Assembly (NCBI GenBank): GCA_050916045.1
Contig: CP051526.1
Span: 416,001-480,000, forward strand
Length of the DNA stretch: 64,000 bases
DNA from: Tepidisphaera sp.
GTDB lineage: Bacteria > Planctomycetota > Phycisphaerae > Phycisphaerales > UBA1924
Reading direction: 5' to 3'
Of the stretch, positions 9,433-19,478 are shown piece after piece. A program made the position numbers and the translations under genes. The notes below the pieces were generated by a model. The model was given only the letters and a program-made list of their open reading frames with translations, searched no databases and had not been told where the DNA came from. Each line of letters starts with the position of its first letter. Positions within the stretch are counted from its first letter, which is position 1.

Positions 9433-11988
9433 ATGTTCCGTACCAACTTTCTTGCATTGCTGCCCCTTCTGCTCGCGATGAGCTTCGCCCCGGCGATGGC
9501 CGCCGCCCAAACCCTTCCCTGCGAGGGCTGGGCCACGATCCCCGGGCAGACGAATCCATACCACGAAGGGCACGGGTATGCCGCGGCCTTCTACGACTTC
9601 GACGGCGACGGCCCCGAGCCCGAACAACTCGTGATCGGTGGGGCGAGCCTCAATATGCTCGGCGCTGGGGCTGGCAACATCTATCGCTGGGACGGGCAGC
9701 GTTGGCACGTGATCGGCGGCGGCTTTGACAAGGCCGTCTACGCCCTCAAGGTCTACAACGGCGTTCTGTATGCTGCGGGCGAGTTTGCCGTCGCCGGGAT
9801 TCAGGACATGCACCTGATCGCGCAGTGGCGCAATGGCGTGTGGGCCCCCGTTGCAGCCGATGATGGAACAATGATTCGGCAGTCAAACTCCATCGAGTAT
9901 GTTCGCGCCCTTGAGATCTACGATGGCAAGTTGGTCATCGGGGGCCGATTCACCCTCTCCGGAGTCTCCCCCAACCCCAATATCGTGACGTGGGATGGTT
10001 CCACGTTCGGAGCTCTTGGAACGGGCGTCGATGGCTATGTACGTGCCATGACAACGCACCGCGAGGAACTTGTTGTAGGCGGCGATTTCTCGTCGGTTGC
10101 CGGGAGATCCGCGAGGAACCTGGCGCGTTGGAACGGGTCGGCGTGGGCTCCTGTTGGCCCCTCGGCGATTAATCAAGGGACGAGCTACACGGTTCGAGCC
10201 CTTGCTTCCTACGACGGGGCCCTTTACATCGGAGGGGATTTCACTTCTGTCGGGACGGGCCAAGGATCGTTGCCCGCTCGATACCTTGCCGGTCTTGATG
10301 ACACGGGCTGGTTTCAGCCTGCTGGCGGCGTGGACCGCGGTATCGTCCGCGCGCTCCTCCCGACGAATCGCGGGCTCGTCGTTGCCGGACAATTCAAGAT
10401 GGTCGGTTCCATGCAGCATCGCGGACTTGCCACGCTCCGCAACGGCGCGTGGTCACGAGAACTGGGCGACGTGCCGCAATGGGATACCGATGTCAACACG
10501 CCGTCCATCGCGGCGATGATCCAGCACGAGGGGTCCATCGTCTTTACCGGGTACTTTCTCGCCGCCGGTGGCGCGGGAGGGGCTGTGGTGACCATGAAAT
10601 CACCCGATCGGTGGGTGTCCTTCGCAGGGAACGGCCTGGCCGGTATCGCCAATAACTCCTCGTACAACTCTCCGGACATCGAGAGTGTCTTTGCGACCGC
10701 GTTGTACCGGGGCGAGTATTACATCGGTGGGACCTTTCGCAGCAACGGCGGAGACATCCTCGGCGGCCTCGCCAAGTGGAACGGTCGTACGTGGGTTCCG
10801 GTCACGGGGTGGGAAGGCACGAGCCGTGTCTACTCGCTTCGGGTCGGCGACGATAAGTTGTGGGTTTCCGGCCGTCTCAAGCCCCCCTTCTCCGTTGATC
10901 AGCCCGGTGAAGTTCTTGCGGCTGTCTTTGACGGCACGACATGGAGGTGGGCACCTTCTCAAACCGAGATCTACGGGACCCGTGACGCCTCCTTTTGGAA
11001 CCACCGCATCGTGATGGCAGGCTCAGACAGGCTGCACACGTGGAACGGAGAGTCCTGGGAGCAACTCCCTCCAGCGAGTCCTCCTGGTCAGGGCGGGTTC
11101 GGGATCGTCGCGAGTTTCAACGGCGATCTCTATTCGAGCCGAGACTCTGCAAGTGGCCTTGTGCTCCTTCGATATGACCAAGGACAGTGGACTGAATTTC
11201 CTGATATCTACGTGAACCCTTTCGTCAACACCGTCATTCATGAAAATCGGCTCGCGATTCACGGCAACTCCGATCTGGTGCTCTGGGATGGCACCAGCGT
11301 TCAGAGTCGCTACGGGGCTGGATACATCAACTCACTCATGTCTGCAGGAGGAAGCCTGTACTTCCGCGTCTCGGACACAGGTCACCGTCCTCCGTGGCCG
11401 GACGTTCTGGTTCGGTTCCTTCCCGAAGGACGGTTTGTCAGTATCCCTCGCTTCAACCCCGGAGGCGACGAGGGTCGTCCTGTGGGCGAGTTCTTCGGCC
11501 ACTTGTTCGCCTCCCACAGACTCTGGAACCCCCCTCGACCCGACGCCGACGGCACCGCCCTCTTCGTCCAGGGCCGGCCCACCATCATCGGCCAACCCGT
11601 CGCGACCGCCGCCTGCCCGCATCAGCCTTTCCGACTTGACATCGTCGCCGTCGGCATGGGCATGACCTATCAATGGCGACGCGACGGCGTGCCCATCGAG
11701 TTCGCCACCGAAAGCGTCTATGAGGATGTCTTCCCCGGCGACTCGCAACCGGGCCTTTACGACTGCATCATCACCAACCCCTGCGGCGAGGTCGTCTCCG
11801 AAGCGGTCCGCTACGCCCCGTGCGTCGCCGACCACGATTGCAACGGCTTCATCGATTTCTTCGACTACGCGGACTTCGTCGCCGACTTCGAGACCGGCTC
11901 GCCACGAGCCGACGTCAACCGCGATGGCTTCCTTGACGCGTTCGACTACAGCGAATTCATCGAAGCCTTCGAAGCCGGATGCGACTGA
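9433..11988 (+). CDS. Tandem paralog: secreted WDG-repeat beta-propeller + Ig-like domain + GC-type dockerin-like domain (ends GCD)
   Basis: ATG 9433 with GGAGG and TATACT upstream; signal peptide; same architecture as 6787..9270. Confidence 0.85.
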   Translation: MFRTNFLALLPLLLAMSFAPAMAAAQTLPCEGWATIPGQTNPYHEGHGYAAAFYDFDGDGPEPEQLVIGGASLNMLGAGAGNIYRWDGQRWHVIGGGFDKAVYALKVYNGVLYAAGEFAVAGIQDMHLIAQWRNGVWAPVAADDGTMIRQSNSIEYVRALEIYDGKLVIGGRFTLSGVSPNPNIVTWDGSTFGALGTGVDGYVRAMTTHREELVVGGDFSSVAGRSARNLARWNGSAWAPVGPSAINQGTSYTVRALASYDGALYIGGDFTSVGTGQGSLPARYLAGLDDTGWFQPAGGVDRGIVRALLPTNRGLVVAGQFKMVGSMQHRGLATLRNGAWSRELGDVPQWDTDVNTPSIAAMIQHEGSIVFTGYFLAAGGAGGAVVTMKSPDRWVSFAGNGLAGIANNSSYNSPDIESVFATALYRGEYYIGGTFRSNGGDILGGLAKWNGRTWVPVTGWEGTSRVYSLRVGDDKLWVSGRLKPPFSVDQPGEVLAAVFDGTTWRWAPSQTEIYGTRDASFWNHRIVMAGSDRLHTWNGESWEQLPPASPPGQGGFGIVASFNGDLYSSRDSASGLVLLRYDQGQWTEFPDIYVNPFVNTVIHENRLAIHGNSDLVLWDGTSVQSRYGAGYINSLMSAGGSLYFRVSDTGHRPPWPDVLVRFLPEGRFVSIPRFNPGGDEGRPVGEFFGHLFASHRLWNPPRPDADGTALFVQGRPTIIGQPVATAACPHQPFRLDIVAVGMGMTYQWRRDGVPIEFATESVYEDVFPGDSQPGLYDCIITNPCGEVVSEAVRYAPCVADHDCNGFIDFFDYADFVADFETGSPRADVNRDGFLDAFDYSEFIEAFEAGCD

Positions 11989-12105
11989 GTGAACCGCTTC
12001 GCGAGCCCTCGGGCCCGCCCCCCGATTCGCAACGATCGTCCGCCATAACCTCCCATCTTTCCGGTCCGGCTCAATCCCGGTCCGGAAATCGCCGAGGGAG
12101 TCCTT

Positions 12106-12789
12106 ATGGTCCGCCGCACGCTCCGATGGCTCAAACGTCTCGTCAAGCCCGTCCACGTCGTGGGCAAGCCGTCCCACACCTGCCCCACGCTCCGCATCGG
12201 CACCGATTACGGCGGCTGGGTCTTCAACCACACCCTCGTCAAGAAGGAAAGCATCGTCTATTCCTTCGGCATCGGCGAGGATGCCTCGTGGGACCTGGGC
12301 ATGATCAAACGCTTCGGCGTCACCATCCACGGGTTTGACCCCACCCCCAAGTCCATCCGCTGGGTGAAAGCCCAGAACATGCCCGCCGAGTTCGTCATGC
12401 ACGACTTCGGCCTGGCTTCCAAGGACGGCGAGCTTGTCTTCCACGCTCCGATCAACCCCAACCACGTCTCCCTCTCCGTCGTCGAACGCGAGACGCAGAC
12501 CGAGCGGATCGTCCTCCCCGTCCGCGAGCTCGCCGGCATCATGAAAGAGCTCGGCCACGACCACATCGACATCCTCAAGATGGATATCGAGGGCTCCGAG
12601 TACGAGGTGATCGAGGACCTGCTCGCCAAGAAGATCCCCATCAAGCAGATCCTCGTCGAGTATCACCACCGCTTCCCCGGCATCGGCGACGCCAAGACGC
12701 AAGCGTCGATCGATCTGCTCGAGCGCCACGGGTACAAGCTCTTCAACATCGCGCCCAGCGCTGAGGAATACTCGTTCATCAAGGTGTGA
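12106..12789 (+). CDS. FkbM-family (Methyltransf_21/22-like) SAM-dependent methyltransferase
   Basis: 'IVYSFGIGEDASWD', 'HGFDPTP', 'IDILKMDIEGSEY', 'QILVEYH'. Confidence 0.85.
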   Translation: MVRRTLRWLKRLVKPVHVVGKPSHTCPTLRIGTDYGGWVFNHTLVKKESIVYSFGIGEDASWDLGMIKRFGVTIHGFDPTPKSIRWVKAQNMPAEFVMHDFGLASKDGELVFHAPINPNHVSLSVVERETQTERIVLPVRELAGIMKELGHDHIDILKMDIEGSEYEVIEDLLAKKIPIKQILVEYHHRFPGIGDAKTQASIDLLERHGYKLFNIAPSAEEYSFIKV

Positions 12790-12828
12790 ACGAGCGTCCG
12801 TCCTCAAGCATCCCGGCCCAAGCCGCGA

Positions 12829-13812
12829 TCACGAGTTGGCGCGGTACCACTCGATCGTCCGCTTGAGGCCTTCCTCGAACCCGACCTGAGCTTTCCAGCC
12901 CAGCAGCTTCTCGCCGCGCTCGGTGGACAAGCAGCGCCTCGGCTGGCCGTCGGGCTTGGTCGCGTCCCAGGTGATCGCGCCTGTGAAGCCCGTCAGCTTC
13001 ACGATGAGCTCGACGAGGTTCTTGATCGTGATCTCAAACCCGGCTCCGAGGTTGATCGGCGTCGGGTCGTCCATCGTCTCCGAAGCCCGCACGATCCCCT
13101 CCGCCGCGTCCTCCACATACAGGAACTCGCGGCTGGCCGAGCCCGTGCCCCAGCAGACGATCTCCTTGTCGCCGCGCCGCTGCGCTTCGACGCACTTGCG
13201 GATCAGCGCCGGGATGACGTGCGAGGAGTGCAGGTCGAAGTTGTCGAACGGGCCGTACAGGTTCACCGGCAGGACGTACGCCCCGCGGAACCCGTACTGA
13301 AGTTTGTACGCGTCGAGCATCTGCCAGGCGGCTTTCTTCGCCACGCCGTACGGCGCGTTCGTCTCTTCGGGGTACCCGTTCCAAAGCTCTTCCTCGCGGA
13401 ACGGAACGGGGGTGAACTTCGGGTAGGCGCAGATCGTACCGACCTGGACGAACGTCCCGCCGCGCTCGTGCAAGCCGTCCTGCCGGGCCTGCTCGATCAA
13501 ATGCAGAGCCATCGCCATATTCGCGTAGAAGTACCTGCCCGGGTTGGCGCGGTTGGCCCCGATGCCCCCGACCTCGGCCGCGAGGTGGATGATCACATCT
13601 GCTTTCTGATTCCCGAAAGCGGTGCGGACCAGTCGGGCGACGTCCGAGTCGGACGTCAGGTCGAACTGCGCCCGCCGGGGAATGAAGAGATTTTCATCTT
13701 TCACGCCGCGTTCACGGAGCTTTTGGCAGACAAACCGTCCGAGGAACCCGGCACCGCCGGTCACGATGACTCGCTTATTGGACCACGATGCGGGGCTGGC
13801 TTTCGTCGACAT
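12829..13812 (-). CDS. fcl: GDP-L-fucose synthase
   Basis: 'VTGGAGFLG', '[12 protein letters not shown]', 'NAPYGVAK', '[23 protein letters not shown]', '[15 protein letters not shown]', 'KPDGQPRR'. Confidence 0.93.
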   Translation of the reverse strand: MSTKASPASWSNKRVIVTGGAGFLGRFVCQKLRERGVKDENLFIPRRAQFDLTSDSDVARLVRTAFGNQKADVIIHLAAEVGGIGANRANPGRYFYANMAMALHLIEQARQDGLHERGGTFVQVGTICAYPKFTPVPFREEELWNGYPEETNAPYGVAKKAAWQMLDAYKLQYGFRGAYVLPVNLYGPFDNFDLHSSHVIPALIRKCVEAQRRGDKEIVCWGTGSASREFLYVEDAAEGIVRASETMDDPTPINLGAGFEITIKNLVELIVKLTGFTGAITWDATKPDGQPRRCLSTERGEKLLGWKAQVGFEEGLKRTIEWYRANS

Positions 13813-13953
13813 CGAATCTCCTCGGGAACGGACGAGAAATCAGAGCGGATGCGCGGGCACAGTCTATTCGGCTGGCGTCAGTGGGTCGATTGAACTCTCT
13901 CAGCGCCGATCGACGCGCAAAGCCAACCCAAGGTCCGCTAGTATTCGCCCCCC

Positions 13954-15663
13954 ATGCCCGACTTCGACACCCAGCCAGATGCCGACTCGATGCCGGTGCC
14001 GAAGCCGATGGGGCAGACAGTCAGCGTCGGCGCGATCTGGATGGCGATGGCCACGATCGTCGGCAAGGGCGCGTCCTTCATCGCCCAGATCATGCTCGGG
14101 CTGATCCTCGTCGAAGAGCACTTCGCGCTCTTCGCGTACGCGACCGCCGCGACCAAGCTTCTCTCGATCTGCCAGGACGCGGGCGTCAAAGACCTCATGA
14201 TCCAGGAGGGCCCCGGCAGGTACCGAGCGCTCTCAGGGCCGATCTTCTGGTTCGCGGCCGCGTTCAACTCGAGCGTCGCCCTGTTCATCGCCGCGCTGAC
14301 GCCCGTGGTCGCGTGGTACTACGACGAGCCCAGGCTTCAGCCCATGATGTGGGTCCTGCTCCTGGCCATCCCTTTGGGAACGCCTGCGGCGATCCTGTAC
14401 ACCAAGCTCCGCCTCGACCTGCGTTTCCGTGAGACGAGCTTCATCGTCGCGATCGCGGCCATCCTGCGGCAGTTCGGGCAGGTGGCGCTGGCTCTGGCCG
14501 GAAGCGGAGCCATGAGCTTCGTGTATCCCGCCGTCGCCGCCGCCGTCATTGAGTCAGTGCTGACCTGGTGGGTCACCCGCGATCACCCGTGGTCGCGCCC
14601 GGCCGAGCCGCGGCAGTGGCCCGGCCTGATCGGGAAGACCAAGTACCTCATCCTCGGATCCGTCGCCAACCTGCTCCTTGATCAGGGGCCGTACCTCGTG
14701 CTCCAGCCCTCCCTGCGGCTTCTGGGCGGCATGGCCAAAGGCCAGGCCGACGGCATTCAGGGGAACGTCTTCTGGGCGTTCCAGATGACGGCCCAGGTCG
14801 GCGTGCTTCTTTCGTACAACATGCAGTTGGTCCTCGGGCCGGTTTTCCAGAAGATATCCGAGGACCCCAAGCGGCTGCGGCGGTCGGTTCTCCGTGCGAT
14901 GGCCGCCATGATGATGATCGGGTCGATCACCAGCATCGGCTTTGGCCTGGTCATGGACCCCCTTGAGAAGATGGTCTTTCAGGGCAAGTGGGCCGCGGCG
15001 ACCGCGGCGGTCGCGATCTACGGGTTGTTCTTTCCGTTCCGGATCCTGTACGGCCTGACGGCCGCTCTTCAGCTCGCGACGGGGCAGTCACGGGCGTACT
15101 TCTACAGCACGCTCATCCCCGGTCTGGTCTTCACCTTCGCGGCGGTCGCGGCGGGGCGATGGGTCGACACGCCCGCCGGCGCGGCATGGTGGACCGGGGG
15201 CGCGCTCGCCGCGATCATGATCCTCGTGACGCTCCAGGTCCTTCGCAAGCTCGGCGTTCCGGCGCGCGAAGCCATCGTCGAGATGTGCTGGCCCTGGCTT
15301 CTCGCCGTGCTCGCGGGCGGGGTGGGCTTCCTGCTGGACACGCACCTGCCGATTGAGTCCATGGTGACACGAAAGTGGGAGCTGGGCGAGCTTGTTTCGC
15401 TCCAGATCAACCCCGTCGGGGGCTGGTGGGACAACGTCCCCGCGTGGCTCGCCGCTCGCGATGTTTCCGTCGGCGCTCAAGCCAGGATTCTGGAAGCCAT
15501 CCGGTTCTTCCTCCTGGGCACATCGTGCGCGGTTTCGTTCATCGTGCTTGCCCGGTTCTTCATGCCCGACATCATGCGAGAGTTCCTGAACGCCATGCCC
15601 AAGCGCATCGGCAAGCCCATCCAAAAGCTCATGCTTATCCGCGACGCGGTCGATCCCGTCTGA
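13954..15663 (+). CDS. MOP-family oligosaccharide/polysaccharide flippase (Wzx-like)
   Basis: Many hydrophobic segments; N-terminus 'GAIWMAMATIVGKGASFIAQIMLGLIL..FALFA' and 'LRLDLRFR' resemble WzxC-type flippases. Confidence 0.8.
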   Translation: MPDFDTQPDADSMPVPKPMGQTVSVGAIWMAMATIVGKGASFIAQIMLGLILVEEHFALFAYATAATKLLSICQDAGVKDLMIQEGPGRYRALSGPIFWFAAAFNSSVALFIAALTPVVAWYYDEPRLQPMMWVLLLAIPLGTPAAILYTKLRLDLRFRETSFIVAIAAILRQFGQVALALAGSGAMSFVYPAVAAAVIESVLTWWVTRDHPWSRPAEPRQWPGLIGKTKYLILGSVANLLLDQGPYLVLQPSLRLLGGMAKGQADGIQGNVFWAFQMTAQVGVLLSYNMQLVLGPVFQKISEDPKRLRRSVLRAMAAMMMIGSITSIGFGLVMDPLEKMVFQGKWAAATAAVAIYGLFFPFRILYGLTAALQLATGQSRAYFYSTLIPGLVFTFAAVAAGRWVDTPAGAAWWTGGALAAIMILVTLQVLRKLGVPAREAIVEMCWPWLLAVLAGGVGFLLDTHLPIESMVTRKWELGELVSLQINPVGGWWDNVPAWLAARDVSVGAQARILEAIRFFLLGTSCAVSFIVLARFFMPDIMREFLNAMPKRIGKPIQKLMLIRDAVDPV

Positions 15664-15678
15664 GCGATACCATGCCCG

Positions 15679-17238
15679 ATGGTCAGGGACGCCCGCGACA
15701 TCGTGTCCGTTCATCTCATCGTCGGCCTTGAGGTCCACGTCGAACTGTCGACGCGATCGAAGATGTTCTCGCCCGCTCCAAGCCCGGGCAACCTCGCTTT
15801 CGACCAGGCCGAGCCGAACACGCTCACGGACCCGACCGTCCTGGGCCTCCCCGGCGCGCTCCCCACCATGAACCGTGAAGCCGTCGAGATGGCCGTCAAG
15901 GTCGGTCTCGCCCTCGGATGCTCCATCGCGCCTCTCGCCGTCTGGGACCGCAAGAACTACTTCTACCCGGACATGCCCAAAGCCTACCAGATCAGCCAGT
16001 ACGACCGGCCCCTCTGCGGCCCCGGCCTGGCCGAAGCACCGGCCCTCGACGACCGCGGTTTCCCTGACTTTGACGCTCCCCCCGTCCGTGTCCGCATCCT
16101 CCGAGCCCATCTCGAGGAGGACGCCGGCAAGCTGCTGCACGAAGCCCCGGGCGGAAGCCGGATCGACGGCTCGATCGTCGACCTCAACCGCGCCGGCACG
16201 CCCCTTCTTGAGATCGTCACCGAGCCCGATTTCCGCTCCGCCGATGAGGTCGTCGCGTTCGCCCGCTTCCTCCGTCAGCTCTGCCGCTCCCTCGGCGTGA
16301 CCGAAGGCGTGATGCAGAAGGGGCACATGCGATTTGAGCCCAACATCAACTGCGTGCTGGTCCTCCGCGACGGCACCACCGTCAAGACACCCATCGTCGA
16401 AGTCAAAAACCTCAACAGCTTCAAAAGCGTCCGCGGCGCCATCGAGCACGAACTCGCCCACCAACCCGCCCGCTGGGTCGCCGACGGCCAGGTCTTGGGC
16501 CCCGGAACCAAAGTCACCCGCGGCTGGGACGACCAGAAAAACGAGACGTACGTCCAGCGCGAAAAGGAAGATGCGCACGACTACCGATACTTCCCCGATC
16601 CCGACCTGCCCACCGTCACCGTCGACGCCGCTTGGCAAGAAGCCATTCGCGCGACCATCGGGGAGCTCCCCGCCGCCGCCATGGCGAGGTACGTGAAGGA
16701 GTTCGGCCTGGATCGAAAGGAAGCCGCCGCCCTTACCGATGAACCGCCGACCACACGTTTCTTCGAAGCCTGCGTGGCGTCCTGCATTTCGGCCGGGATG
16801 CCGGGCGCCCGCGCGGGCCGCGTCTCGGCCAACTTCCTCCTTCAGTCCGGCGCCAAACGTGCCAACGAAGCCCAAGTCCGCGTCGATGAACTGGGAATCT
16901 CGGCCCATGCCGTCGCGGAGATCGCCGCGATGCGCGAAGCCGGGGAGATCAGCGCCGCTTCCGCCGACGACCTCTTCGGCCGCGCCATCGCCGAGCCGAC
17001 CCGCTCCCCGCGCGAGATCGCCTCCGCCGCCGGGATCCTCATCGTTCGCGACGACGCCGCTCTCAAACGCTGGTGCGAAGAGGTCATCGCCGCCAACCCC
17101 AAGCCCGCCGAGGATGTCCGCGCCGGAAAGGTGCAAGCCATCGGCCGACTCGTCGGCGAGGTGATGAAAAAAGCTGGCGGCTCCGCCGACGCCAAGACCG
17201 CCCGCGAGACCCTCCTCGCCATGCTCACGCCCCCGTGA
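15679..17238 (+). CDS. gatB: Asp-tRNA(Asn)/Glu-tRNA(Gln) amidotransferase subunit B
   Basis: 'VGLEVHVEL', 'DRKNYFYPDMPKAYQISQY', 'HLEEDAGK', 'DLNRAGTPLLEIVTEPD', 'DYRYFPDPDL', C-terminal YqeY-like region. Confidence 0.97.
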   Translation: MVRDARDIVSVHLIVGLEVHVELSTRSKMFSPAPSPGNLAFDQAEPNTLTDPTVLGLPGALPTMNREAVEMAVKVGLALGCSIAPLAVWDRKNYFYPDMPKAYQISQYDRPLCGPGLAEAPALDDRGFPDFDAPPVRVRILRAHLEEDAGKLLHEAPGGSRIDGSIVDLNRAGTPLLEIVTEPDFRSADEVVAFARFLRQLCRSLGVTEGVMQKGHMRFEPNINCVLVLRDGTTVKTPIVEVKNLNSFKSVRGAIEHELAHQPARWVADGQVLGPGTKVTRGWDDQKNETYVQREKEDAHDYRYFPDPDLPTVTVDAAWQEAIRATIGELPAAAMARYVKEFGLDRKEAAALTDEPPTTRFFEACVASCISAGMPGARAGRVSANFLLQSGAKRANEAQVRVDELGISAHAVAEIAAMREAGEISAASADDLFGRAIAEPTRSPREIASAAGILIVRDDAALKRWCEEVIAANPKPAEDVRAGKVQAIGRLVGEVMKKAGGSADAKTARETLLAMLTPP

Positions 17239-17285
17239 GCGGATCGCCGATGGGTATCATGACACGCGTCCTTCTGGAGCACCTC

Positions 17286-18011
17286 ATGAGCAGGCCCACC
17301 CCCCAAAGCGACGACTCCAAGGTCCGGCTGTACGACGGCGACGCCGAATCCATCCTCCGCTCGGAGATGTTCGCCGACCGCGTCAGCCTCCTGCCCGGCC
17401 CCGGCGGCAAGCTCGCGCCCGACAAACGCCTCCGAATCCTCTGGGGCCAGGACCTCCTCCGCGATGTGCTCGACGGCCGCTACCGCACCATCATCTGCGG
17501 CGTCAACGACCACGATAACTCCCACGGCATCATCGCGCAGCTCTGCGAACTCGTTCAGGCGAGCCAGTGGTCCGCTCGCACCGTCACAAGCTATGCCCAG
17601 GTCTTTCAGCAGTCCGTCGGCGTGCACGCGGCCCACGACCGCGAGCCCTACGTGCTCAAGTTCGACCTCGACAGCCTCCTCATCCTCGCCATCCTCCGCC
17701 CCAAGGGCCGGACCCACTTCACCCTCGACGACCTTTCGCGCGGGTTCGTCACCTGCTCGAAGATGCTCCGCGAACGCCGCGAACGCCTCCCCGTCGCGAG
17801 CGTCTCGTTCCTCAACGCCCGCGTGAACACCCTCCGCGGCCCCGACGGCAAAGAGCCCAGTTTCGAAGCCGTCCTCCAGACCATGTACCACGCCGGGTTC
17901 CGCGGCGACGTCTACGCCTCCCCGGCCATGTGGAGATTCGCCCACGTCGGCGTCTTCCCAAGCTACCCCTTCCCCGAAGGCGTCGGCCGCATGCGAGAGG
18001 GAAGTTCGTAA
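17286..18011 (+). CDS. Hypothetical protein, possible divergent macrodomain
   Basis: Strong C/G-ending codon bias; ATG 17286 has GGAG upstream (alternative ATG 17250). Motif order resembles macrodomains (see findings). Confidence 0.75.
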   Translation: MSRPTPQSDDSKVRLYDGDAESILRSEMFADRVSLLPGPGGKLAPDKRLRILWGQDLLRDVLDGRYRTIICGVNDHDNSHGIIAQLCELVQASQWSARTVTSYAQVFQQSVGVHAAHDREPYVLKFDLDSLLILAILRPKGRTHFTLDDLSRGFVTCSKMLRERRERLPVASVSFLNARVNTLRGPDGKEPSFEAVLQTMYHAGFRGDVYASPAMWRFAHVGVFPSYPFPEGVGRMREGSS

Positions 18012-18166
18012 AAAGTACGTGCCGCGGCCTCTCGCAAGGCTCGCTCGGAACTTCCCGGACCTTGGCCCGTATCATTCAACACTCGTGCGGGACCCCCTCG
18101 GCGAAGTTCGCCGGTCGGGGTGGTCGATGATTGGGGTCTGGCATTGCCGGCGCAGGAGGAAGGTCC

Positions 18167-19222
18167 ATGAACACGCGTCAACTGATTTGTGTGCTCGGTG
18201 CGGCGTTGGGGCTCGCTTCGCCCCTGCTCGCGGACATCACCGGCCGCATCCACCTGAACAACGGGGGCGGCTGGGGACCTGGCCGAGGCCACGGCGGGTT
18301 CAACCTGAGCGGCAGCCACCGAGGCTCGCGATGGTCATTCGACTTCAACGTCGGAAGCGGCTGGAACAACGGCTTTGAGTGCGACAACGGCCCCACGACC
18401 TGGAACCTTCGCAACGGAGGATTCACGACTTCGCGCTGGTACGCCGACCGCTGGGGATGGTCAAACTGGGAGCGTCGTTACTACCCGTACGGCTATGCGA
18501 CCGGGCAGGTCGTCTCCGCCGGCAGCGGCCCCACCGACTGGAACCTGCTTCCCGGTGTGACGCCCAATGCCGCTCCCGGAACGCCGCCGGCACCGCCGCC
18601 CCCTCCTCCGCCGACCGAGCTCGAGCTCGCGGCCCAAGCGACCGCGAACAAGCAGCACAGCGAAGCCCGTGCTCACCTCATGGCTCACCTGAAGGACAAG
18701 CCTTACGACGTGGAAGCGTCCCGCCGGCTTGCCATGTGCCTCATTGAGGGCAAGGAAATTGATACCGGGCTGGCGATGCTCCGCGACCTCTATGTGGCGG
18801 ACCCAACCCTCGCCGAGCGCCCCTACGACGGTCCCTCGGCCGGCCAGGACGCCGGGCGGCTTCGCGACATGGTCACCAAGATCACGCCTTATGCGCACAA
18901 GGTGAAGAGCCCGTCGGCTTGGCTTGGCGTCGTGATCGCGATGCAAGCCGAGGGCCGCGGCACGCTCGCCCTCAAGATGCTCGCCCGGGCGAAGGACGCC
19001 GGCCTTGAGCGCTCGGTCGTCGAGCGGTTCGAAGCCGTGCTGGCCCCCCCTCCTCCCAAGCCCAAGCAAGCCAAGAACGCCCCGGGCACCTCGGCTCCGG
19101 TCCTTCCCGCCGCTCCTGCATCGGCACCCGTCCTGGCTTCTCCCCCGGTTCCGGGACCGGCCATGACGGATCCGGCGACCGCGCCGGCCGCAGCACCGAC
19201 CCCTGACGTCCCGGCGAAGTAG
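18167..19222 (+). CDS. Secreted protein: Gly/Trp/Tyr-rich region, Pro linker, TPR-like helical domain, Pro/Ala-rich tail
   Basis: AGGAGG before ATG 18167; signal peptide MNTRQLICVLGAALGLASPLLA; helical-repeat-like segment 'AEARAHLMAHLKDKPYDVEASRRLAMCLI'-type. Confidence 0.75.
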   Translation: MNTRQLICVLGAALGLASPLLADITGRIHLNNGGGWGPGRGHGGFNLSGSHRGSRWSFDFNVGSGWNNGFECDNGPTTWNLRNGGFTTSRWYADRWGWSNWERRYYPYGYATGQVVSAGSGPTDWNLLPGVTPNAAPGTPPAPPPPPPPTELELAAQATANKQHSEARAHLMAHLKDKPYDVEASRRLAMCLIEGKEIDTGLAMLRDLYVADPTLAERPYDGPSAGQDAGRLRDMVTKITPYAHKVKSPSAWLGVVIAMQAEGRGTLALKMLARAKDAGLERSVVERFEAVLAPPPPKPKQAKNAPGTSAPVLPAAPASAPVLASPPVPGPAMTDPATAPAAAPTPDVPAK

Positions 19223-19260
19223 GATTCTGGACGGCATACCGCCTTTCCAGCGACGATTTT

Positions 19261-19290
19261 CGGCCCGGGCTGACCCGGGCCGTTCTCATT
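19261..19290. terminator. GC hairpin downstream of the 18167 gene (possible terminator)
   Basis: cggcccggg-ctga-cccgggccg followed by ttctcatt. Confidence 0.45.
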
Positions 19291-19478
19291 CTCGAACGGT
19301 TGATCGGGTGGGGGTGGCTCCCTAGCATCGAGGCCCTGCGCATCGTCCCAATGTGGGCCGAGCGCGACATTCTGGGTAGAACCGTTCGAACCACCGAGCT
19401 GGCGGACCCAACCCAGGGACCGCATCCGGAGCCGAGGCGACGAGCCAAAGCGACGCGGCCGGTGGGAGGTGAGGAACT

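Noticed and set aside
9094..11931. Near-identical 3' segments of two paralogs as a diversity-generating retroelement TR/VR pair
   Set aside because: The differences are mostly synonymous C/T changes rather than adenine-specific, both copies are coding, and no reverse transcriptase is in the window.
2508..11988. Cellulosome interpretation of the dockerin-bearing genes
   Set aside because: No cohesin/scaffoldin and no recognisable glycoside hydrolase domains among the passengers in this window.
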